A stretch of 64,000 nucleotides of DNA. It comes from a virus. Taxonomy: Duplodnaviria > Caudoviricetes. Of this stretch, positions 56,474-64,000 are shown piece by piece. The stretch spans positions 3,446-67,445 of IMG/VR virus record IMGVR_UViG_2791354954_000001. One strand, 5' to 3'. The notes under the pieces were generated by a model. The model made no database searches. It saw only the letters and a program-made list of their open reading frames with translations, and was not told where the DNA came from. The position numbers and the translations under genes are program-made. Positions within the stretch are counted from its first letter, which is position 1. Each line of letters begins with the position of its first letter.

Positions 56474-57010
56474 ATGTCTGCCGAAATCAACCGCCGAATT
56501 GATAACCTGATCCGCTTTGGGCTGATTGCCGAAGTGGATTATGCGCAAGCCCGTGCGCGGGTAAAGAGCGGTCAAATTCTGACGGATTTTTTACCCTTTG
56601 TAACCTTTCGTGCCGGCACAACCCAAACGTGGTCGCCGCCAACCATAGGCGAGCAATGTGTCATTTTGGCGGCAAGTGGTGAATTTACCACGGCTTGTGT
56701 GCTTGTGGGGCTTTATACCCAAAACAGCCCAAGCCATTCCCAAGATTTGCACCTCATTCAATTTGCAGACGGGGCAATCATTGAATACAACCAAGCCACA
56801 GGCGCATTGACTGTCAGCGGTATTAAAGTCGCCAATATTACGGCAGCAAACCAAATCAATATTGATTGCCCCTTCGTCAATATCAAAGGCAATGTAAAAG
56901 TCGAAGGCAGCATCACCGCAAGCGGTGATGTAAAAGGCGGCAAAATTAGCCTACAAAATCACAAACACCTTGAGCAAGGTGACGGTAAAGACACAGGCAA
57001 AGCAAAATGA
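56474..57010 (+). CDS. Baseplate spike V
   Basis: NLIRFG.I, RAG....WSPP.IGEQ, C-terminal HKH; start MSAEI. Confidence 0.9.
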   Translation: MSAEINRRIDNLIRFGLIAEVDYAQARARVKSGQILTDFLPFVTFRAGTTQTWSPPTIGEQCVILAASGEFTTACVLVGLYTQNSPSHSQDLHLIQFADGAIIEYNQATGALTVSGIKVANITAANQINIDCPFVNIKGNVKVEGSITASGDVKGGKISLQNHKHLEQGDGKDTGKAK

Positions 57011-57342
57011 ACCGATACACAGGCGAACAGTTAGCGGACGAAACCGCTCACATCAAACAATCTATTGCAGATATTCTGCTCACGCCCATTGGCTCCCGCC
57101 TGCAGCGGCGTGAATATGGCAGTCTTATTCCAATGTTGCTTGACCGCCCGATTAATCGCACGCTTTTATTACAACTTGCCGCTTGTGCGGTTACGGCGAT
57201 CAACCGTTGGGAACCGCGCGTGCAAATCACCCAATTTAAACCGCAGCCGATTGAAGGCGGCATTAATGCAAGCTATGTGGCACGCTTTCGCAAAAACAAT
57301 CAAGAAATCCGAAACGAACAATTATTACTAAGTGGCAAATAA
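57007..57342 (+). CDS. Baseplate wedge W
   Basis: HI.QSI.DILLTP.GSR..RREYGS, RWEPR. Confidence 0.92.
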   Translation: MNRYTGEQLADETAHIKQSIADILLTPIGSRLQRREYGSLIPMLLDRPINRTLLLQLAACAVTAINRWEPRVQITQFKPQPIEGGINASYVARFRKNNQEIRNEQLLLSGK

Positions 57343-58256
57343 TGAGCGAACTTGTTGATTTATCCAAACTTGAAGCCCCCAAAGTGCTTGAAGATTTAAA
57401 CTTTGAAACCTTACTTGCCGAACGCAAAGCGGAATTTATCGCCCTCTATCCGCCGGAAGAGCAGCCCTTTTGGCAGGCACGGCTCAATCTTGAAAGTGAA
57501 CCCATTACCAAATTATTGCAAGAAGCCGTGTATTTGCAGTTGTTGGAACGCTCACGTATTAATCAAGCGGCACAAGCCACAATGTTGGCTTATGCCACCG
57601 GCAGCGATTTAGATGTGATTGCGGCAAATTACAACGTGCAACGCCAAGTCATCCAAGCAGAAGATAACAGCGTTACACCGCCCATTCCTGCCATTTTGGA
57701 AGACGACACCGCCCTACGCCTGCGCACCCAATTAGCCTTTGAGGGGCTTTCGGTTGCAGGGCCGCGTTCAGCTTATGTGTTTCACGCCCTTTCTGCTCAT
57801 CCTGAAGTGGCGGATGTTTCCGTGGTTTCACCCGAACCGGCACAGGTTACCGTCACCATTTTAAGCCGAATCGGACAAGGCACGGCAAGCGAGGCAGTAC
57901 TCAACGCCGTGCGGGAAAAACTCAACGATGAAAACACCCGCCCTATTGGCGACCGTGTCACCATACAAAGTGCGGTGATCAATCCTTATCAAATCCACGC
58001 CAAACTGCATTTATATCGTGGCCCGGAATATGAACCAATCAAAGCGGAAACCTTAAAAAAACTTACCGCCTACACGGAAGAAAAACGCCGACTGGGACGG
58101 GATATTAGCCTATCCGGCATTTACGCCGCTTTACATTTAGAAGGTGTGCAACGGGTAGAACTGCTTTCCCCAACCACCGATATTGTGCTGCCAAGCTCAA
58201 AATCGGGTTACTGCACCAACATCAATATTGAAATAGTCACCAGCGATGATTACTAA
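57342..58256 (+). CDS. Baseplate J
   Basis: DLSKL.AP, LESEP, SVAGP..AY.FHA. Confidence 0.93.
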   Translation: MSELVDLSKLEAPKVLEDLNFETLLAERKAEFIALYPPEEQPFWQARLNLESEPITKLLQEAVYLQLLERSRINQAAQATMLAYATGSDLDVIAANYNVQRQVIQAEDNSVTPPIPAILEDDTALRLRTQLAFEGLSVAGPRSAYVFHALSAHPEVADVSVVSPEPAQVTVTILSRIGQGTASEAVLNAVREKLNDENTRPIGDRVTIQSAVINPYQIHAKLHLYRGPEYEPIKAETLKKLTAYTEEKRRLGRDISLSGIYAALHLEGVQRVELLSPTTDIVLPSSKSGYCTNINIEIVTSDDY

Positions 58257-58785
58257 CCATTTATTGCCCATTGGCTCAACACCCCTTGAAAAACGGGCAG
58301 CGAAAATCCTCAAAAGTGCGGTCGAGAATCCCATTATTATTGCGGATTTAATCAACCCCGACCGTTGCCCACCCGAACTCCTGCCCTATTTAGCGTGGGC
58401 GTTTTCGGTGGATAAATGGGACGAACATTGGACAGACGAAGTCAAACGCATTGCCATTAAGCAATCTTATTTTGTGCATAAACACAAAGGCACGATTGCC
58501 GCCGTGAAACGGGTGATTGAGCCTATCGGCTATTTGATTGAATTAAAAGAATGGTTTAACACCCAACCGCAAGGACAACCCGGCACCTTTAGTTTAACCG
58601 TTGAAGTGCCGGAAAGCGGCTTGACTGAACAAACTTACAATGAGTTGGTGCGTTTGGTGAATGATGTCAAACCCGTCTCTCGCCACCTGACACAACTCGC
58701 TATCGCCATTTCGCCAACAGGGGCATTGAACACCTTTATCGGACAACAAGAAGGCGAAATCACCACCCTTTACCCACAAGGATAA
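58246..58785 (+). CDS. Tail protein I
   Basis: CP..LLPYLAWAFSVD.W, HKHKGT, KPVSRHL. Confidence 0.93.
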   Translation: MITNHLLPIGSTPLEKRAAKILKSAVENPIIIADLINPDRCPPELLPYLAWAFSVDKWDEHWTDEVKRIAIKQSYFVHKHKGTIAAVKRVIEPIGYLIELKEWFNTQPQGQPGTFSLTVEVPESGLTEQTYNELVRLVNDVKPVSRHLTQLAIAISPTGALNTFIGQQEGEITTLYPQG

Positions 58786-58788
58786 TTT

Positions 58789-60407
58789 ATGGCATCACAA
58801 TATTTTGCACTTTTAACAGATTACGGCACTGCCGCTTTTGCCAAAGTCATCAGCAGTAGCCAACCGCTACAACTTACCACCTTTGCCGTGGGCGATGGCA
58901 ACGGACAAACCGTTACGCCAACTGCCAATCGCACTTCCCTTGTGCGTGAAAAGCACCGTGCAACAGTGAGTGCCGTCACATTAAGTGTCGATCACAGTGT
59001 GATTTTTGTCCCCCGCCAACAACTCACCCCGAAAACTATCACCGCTACGACGAAAATGGCTTTGATGAAAGCGGTCACAATCACAAAATAGACAAAGCTA
59101 CGACAAGTCAAGCAGGGATTGTACAACTCTCAAATGACGATAACAGCGATGACGAGACTAAAGCTCCAACACTGAAAGTGATTAAAAAATTTAAGGGACT
59201 GATTGACAGCCTCACCCGAAGCCTTGGGAATTACATTCCAAACAGCAAAAAATCCAACGCTACCAATAGCTCAAGTAGCGCCACCATTGCAACAAGTGCG
59301 GCGGTAAAATCTGCAAACGATAACGCCAACGAACGAGTTTCAAAATCAGGCGATACGATGACGGGTAATCTGATTATTGATTATGGTGATTACTCCAACA
59401 TTGAATTGCGAAACCGCGCTGGACAGCGAATTTTATTTGAGCATAAACCTTATTCATTAGGCTCTGATACTTTTGGTAATTTTATTCTAAGAAATGCGAA
59501 TGGCGACAACTTAAACGTACTAGGGTTACCCAAAAAAAATGCCACACTTGCAACAATAGAAGATGTCAATAGCCGCATTCCCCTTGATGGCAATGCTGAT
59601 ATCAACGGGATAAAAAATTTCGTAGGAACTGTCCGTTTAAAAAACGGATTAGCATTAGCTAATTCGGAGTATGTAGATAGCATTCGTCTAAGCAACTGGG
59701 ATTGGAAACGTCCTATCAAAATAGGAAACGATACTTTAATAGGCAATGATGTAGCAGCGATAGGATTTAACTCCAATGGTACTTTTCATTTTTTCAATTT
59801 GACTCAAAAGCAAGAAATTGCTGCCGTGTACGAAAACGGAAAAATATTCGGACAAGATTTTATTGCTCAAGGCAAGTCATTATCTCAAGCTGTCATGCTA
59901 AGGCATTTAATTGGCATACCACAACCCTATCCGCTCGGTAATGTTCCCGAAGGCTTTTTGGCGATGAATGGCTCTCGTTTCGATAAGAATCGTTATCCTA
60001 TTTTGGCGGAGCGTTATCCATCAGGCTATTTACCCGATTTACGGGGGGAATTTATTCGGGGTTGGGATAACGGAAGAAACGTAGATGCAGGACGAAATTT
60101 ATTAAGTTCTCAAAGCGATGCCATTCAAGACCATTTCCATTTATTGCCAACACAGAATGGCGACTCATCAAAGTGGGAAGAGGATATTCAATCAGTATTC
60201 TTAGATAACGGTGGCAATAGAAAAATCGATGGTGCATTAATTCGTGTTAGTGCATTAGGGAGCAATAATGGAAATAATCCAAATATCGCCGACAATGGGA
60301 TAGCAAGAACTTACCGCGCTAGTGCTAAATATAACACCGACCAACGAACCGCAGGCGAAACCCGTCCTCGCAATATCGCTTTTCAGTACATTTGTTTAGC
60401 TGGGTAA
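58789..60407 (+). pseudogene. Tail fibre H with internal deletion and frameshift
   Basis: AVGDGNG N-terminus; frames join with one extra A near 59055; collar domain LPDLRGEFIRGWD and ETRPRNIAF. Confidence 0.82.
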
Positions 60408-60434
60408 TTCACTATTTAACAAAAAATAAAAGGA

Positions 60435-61181
60435 ATGACAATGACCGTTCAGTTTAACGCAGAAGGCTTTGCCCTTAAAAGTGGCGAAGTAACCGTTTAT
60501 GTGGTAGATAGCCAAGGCATTTACCATCACAGTGAAAATGAATATGTGAGTATTGGCGCCGGTTTAAGCGCCGGAGCATTTTTAGATGCTCCGCTACAGG
60601 ATAAAGCAGGTTTTGCGATTATCCGCACCGACAAGGGTTGGGAGTATATTGCAGACCACCGAGGCAAAATCTGTTACGACAAATCGACCCGAACAGAAAC
60701 AATCATCTCAAAACTCGGGGAAATCCCCCAAAATTTAACCGCACTCAAACCGGATAGCGAATACGACATGTGGAATGAAGATGCGGGTTGCTGGGAAGTT
60801 TCGCAGGAAAAACTGACCGCACTTTTAACCGACCGAAAAACAGCGTTATTACAACACATTGCAGATAAAACCGACCAATTAAAAGCACAGTATTTGCTGG
60901 GCTATTCCCAAGCTGAAATTGATAGTTTTTATCGACAGGAACGTGAAGCACGGGGCGAATTACCGTTGATGTTATTGACCGAACTATTCGAGGGGCGGGA
61001 CGATTTAGTCAATATTGAGCAACTCAAGGAAAAAGTTATCGAAAAAGCGGATTTGTTTGCAATCATTATGGGCAAAACCTTTGCCGTTAAGCAGAATTTT
61101 GAAACCCATATTGAACAAGCCCAAACTTTAGAAGAACTGGAAAACATTAGTAAGGAGATTGACAAATGGCAATCTATTTAG
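60435..61181 (+). CDS. Tail fibre assembly protein
   Basis: W.Y.ADHRG, I..LG.IP...T.L.P motifs. Confidence 0.85.
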   Translation: MTMTVQFNAEGFALKSGEVTVYVVDSQGIYHHSENEYVSIGAGLSAGAFLDAPLQDKAGFAIIRTDKGWEYIADHRGKICYDKSTRTETIISKLGEIPQNLTALKPDSEYDMWNEDAGCWEVSQEKLTALLTDRKTALLQHIADKTDQLKAQYLLGYSQAEIDSFYRQEREARGELPLMLLTELFEGRDDLVNIEQLKEKVIEKADLFAIIMGKTFAVKQNFETHIEQAQTLEELENISKEIDKWQSI

Positions 61182-61627
61182 CCATTTACAAAGGCAAAGC
61201 TAAAAATCTCGTTGAACGGCTGCAAGACAGTATTATTCGTTTTTTTACAAAAGGTCAATATTCGCACTGTGAGTTAGTTGTTGAACGGTTAGAACAATGG
61301 GGACAATATGACTACCGCCCTGTTTATGATTGTTACAGCTCAAGCCCTCGGGACGGGGGCGTGCGTTGTAAACAAATCAACGTTGCCGACAGTTCAAAGT
61401 GGGATTTAATCCCAATCGATAACCTCACCGAAGCCCAAATTAAGGCGTATTTTGACCGCACTTGTGGGGCGAAATATGACTGGTGGGGCGTGTTGGGGAT
61501 TGTATTCGGCATCAAGCAAAAAAGAAGCAAGTATTTTTGTAGCGAGTGGTGTTTTAATGTGATATTTAACTCGGACAATGGATGGAGGTTTAGTCCTAAT
61601 GACTTAGCAATTATCTTTAAAAAATGA
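61166..61627 (+). CDS. Permuted papain-like (NlpC/P60) amidase-type protein
   Basis: YSHCE precedes G.KYD and FCSEW. Confidence 0.7.
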   Translation: MAIYLAIYKGKAKNLVERLQDSIIRFFTKGQYSHCELVVERLEQWGQYDYRPVYDCYSSSPRDGGVRCKQINVADSSKWDLIPIDNLTEAQIKAYFDRTCGAKYDWWGVLGIVFGIKQKRSKYFCSEWCFNVIFNSDNGWRFSPNDLAIIFKK

Positions 61628-61718
61628 AGACGGCGACACAGTAGGTGTTACCGCACCCGCTGTGCCAGCTACGCAATCCTAGCTTGCATATAGCCATCTG
61701 CCGCCTGCCTCGCGAGGC
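61627..61718 (-). ncRNA. Structured RNA upstream of com
   Basis: Multi-stem junction; extended -10 TGTTAAAAT at 61725-61733 on minus strand. Confidence 0.5.
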
Positions 61719-61760
61719 GTGCGGATTTTAACAAAACCATTAAAAGTGGGAAATGCTTAT

Positions 61761-61877
61761 ATGCAAAAAATGAAAGAAATCCGGTGCAAGTGCTGTAAAA
61801 AATTACTTGCACGAGCAGAAAATGTACAACGCTTAGAAATTAAATGCGTGCGTTGTAAAACTTTAAATCAATTTTAA
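61761..61877 (+). CDS. com: Com-family zinc-finger translational activator, not in ORF track
   Basis: MQKMKEIRCKCCKKLLARAENVQRLEIKCVRCKTLNQF. Confidence 0.85.
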   Translation: MQKMKEIRCKCCKKLLARAENVQRLEIKCVRCKTLNQF

Positions 61878-61884
61878 CAAATTT

Positions 61885-61940
61885 GAGTATCGGAGCACCA
61901 AGCTAAGAGTGCCGGAATGCCATAGAATAAAACTATGGCA
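61885..61940 (+). promoter_or_regulatory. Candidate Com-binding repeats and start-codon-sequestering hairpin
   Basis: GAGTATC, GAGCACC, GAGTGCC, GAATGCC; TGCCATAG/CTATGGCA stem contains ATG 61935. Confidence 0.65.
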
Positions 61941-62775
61941 AATCAAACTATCTTCAAACAAGCCCCGCTCCCATTTGTCGGTCAAAAACGAATGTTTCTG
62001 AAACATTTTGAAAACGTTCTTAATGAAAATATTCTCGGTGACGGCGAAGACTGGACTATTATTGATACCTTTGGTGGTTCGGGTTTATTAAGTCACACGG
62101 CAAAACATATCAAACCCAAGGCGAGAGTGATTTACAATGACTTTGACGGATACGCCGAGCGATTAGCGCATATTGATGACACTAACGCATTGCGTTCACA
62201 ACTTTATGCTGCAATCGGTGACGGTACGCCAAAAAACAAACGAATGCCAAAGGTATTAAAGGCAGAACTCGTCAAAATCATTCAAAATTTTGAGGGATAT
62301 AAAGGACTTAAATTGCTTGGCGAGTTGGTTGCTTTTTAGTGGTCAGCAAGTCGGCACGCTCGAAGATCTATTCAAAAATGATTTTTGGCGTTGTATTCGT
62401 CAATCTAATTATCCAAGCGCAGACGGTTATTTAGACGGAGTTGAGATTATTCGGGAGTCGTTTCATACGCTCTTACCTAAACTTACAGACAATCCGAAAG
62501 CGTTATTTGTGTTAGATCCGCCATATTTATGTACAAAGCAAGAAAGCTATAAACAAGCGACTTACTTTGATTTGGTTGATTTCTTGAGGTTGATACATTT
62601 AACCCGCCCGCCGTACATCTTTTTTAGCTCGACTAAAAGCGAGTTTATCCGCTTTATCGAAGCGATGGTTGAAGATAAATGGCAAAACTGGAAAGCGTTT
62701 GAAGACTATAAACGAATAACGTTACAGACAAGTGCGAGTTATATCTGCAAGCAGGATTATTATGGCATTAAATAA
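61935..62775 (+). pseudogene. DNA adenine methyltransferase (Hin1523-like), frameshifted and probably 3'-truncated
   Basis: APLPFVGQKR, DTFGGSG, LDPPY; one extra base near 62304. Confidence 0.85.
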
Positions 62776-64000
62776 AGCATATTTAACCATGCAACCAGGG
62801 GAAGTACATGCGCTGCTTGGCGAAAATGAGGCTGGCAAATCAACCTTACTCAAAGCGCTTTCCAGGGCGCAGCCTCAAACAAGAGGTGAAATTATCTTCA
62901 ACGGTGAAGTACTTTCATTGCATGATTCCCCCTTTTGATCGCCAATTAAAAGGGATTGTGACCATTTATCAAGAGTTTAATTTATTACCAAATATGACCA
63001 TTGCAGAGAATTTCTTTCTCGGTAGAGAGCCAACCCATGGCCTATTTATCAATGAAAAAATAATGAATGAAGAAGCTCAAATGGTGTTGGATAATTTAGG
63101 GTTGAATATCAAATCGGATACTCAGGTCGCCCGTTTAAGTATCGCTCAACAGCAGATGGTAGAAATTGCCCGAGCGATGACGCTGAATACCAAGCTGATT
63201 ATTATGGATGAACTTTCTGCCGCATTGAGCGATAAAGAAGTAGAAACACTCCATAAAATCGTGCGAGATCTTAAAAAACGTGGTGTTAGTGTTATTTATA
63301 TAACCCACCGTTTAAATGAAGTGTTTGCCTTATGTGATCGTTTTACTGTTTTTCAAGACGAATGTTATGTCGGGGAAGGTAATGTTTCAGACACTTCAGT
63401 GGATAACATTATAAAAATGATGGTTGGGCGAGAGGTGGCTTTTACCCGCCGTCCCTCGGAAGAAACTCATCATGCCGATAAACCGATTGTACTTACCGTA
63501 AAAAATCTAACACGGGAAAAACCGATACTTGATCCGCACGGTATCGCTTTACATGATATCTCTTTTAGTATTCATCAAGGCGAAATATTGGGTATTGCCG
63601 GCTTAGTCGGTACCGGACGAACTGAAATCGCCCGTTGTCTATTTGGACTTGAGAAATATACCGCAGATGTATTGACACTCAATGGCAAACCCTATCAAGC
63701 CACCTCACCGCTTGATGCGCTTGAAAAAGGGATCGCGCTCGTACCAGAAGAATTGTTGATGAACCAACCAGGGGAATTGATATAGGAGCAAAATCTGAAA
63801 TTCATCAAGTGCTATTTGATATGACAAAACAGGGAGTTGCCATTTTAGTGATTTCATCTGATTTACCGGAAATTATGGCAATTTCCGACCGTATTATTAC
63901 CCTTTCTGAAGGAAGGGTAACAGGTGAAATTCACGGTGATGAAGCAACTGAAGAAAAATTAATGTCGATGATGGCAATAGGCGTACAGCGTAACAATTAA
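62746..64000 (+). pseudogene. Sugar ABC transporter ATPase (RbsA/MglA-like), decayed
   Basis: GEVHALLGENEAGKST (Walker A G to E), frameshift near 62930, internal deletion near 63750, ISSDLPE C-terminus. Confidence 0.85.

Larger units (their letters stand above)
43581..62745. mobile_element. Defective P2/HP1-like prophage structural region
   Basis: Q-P divergent from O-N-M-L-X-lysis-R-S-T-V-W-J-I-H-G; no sheath, tube or replication genes in window. Confidence 0.9.

Noticed and set aside
43581-62745. Domesticated tailocin
   Set aside because: Sheath and tube genes are absent from the window and the fibre gene is broken.

Overview
Pasteurellaceae chromosome window (at least 25 copies of the Haemophilus-type uptake signal AAGTGCGGT) made almost entirely of three joined prophages. 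(1) 1 to ~34.4 kb is an apparently intact Mu-like (FluMu-type) transposable prophage, mostly on the minus strand: repressor, ner, A, B, early accessory genes, gemA, mor, lysis, head, contractile tail and fibre. Its right end lies outside the window. (2) ~34.4-43.6 kb is the decaying left arm of a lambdoid prophage (xis-like gene interrupted by the Mu end, Rha/KilA-N antirepressors, exo/bet, methyltransferase, HicA TA module, two low-GC morons). (3) ~43.6-62.75 kb is a defective P2/HP1-like structural block (truncated portal, frameshifted terminase and fibre, RelE/ParE TA module, com plus methyltransferase) fused to a decayed sugar ABC ATPase. The strongest unexplained signal is a ~96-nt tRNA-like cloverleaf with its own sigma70 promoter. 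It is antisense to the Mu head operon and abuts the stop codon of a MuF gene whose C-terminal extension looks nuclease-like and has no immunity ORF. Other non-coding signals are three C4-like antisense-RNA antirepressor switches with different recognition boxes, a triplicated late-promoter box, repeated intergenic hairpins in the Mu early region, and a Com-type translational switch with an upstream structured RNA. All family assignments come from motif recognition and synteny, not database searches.
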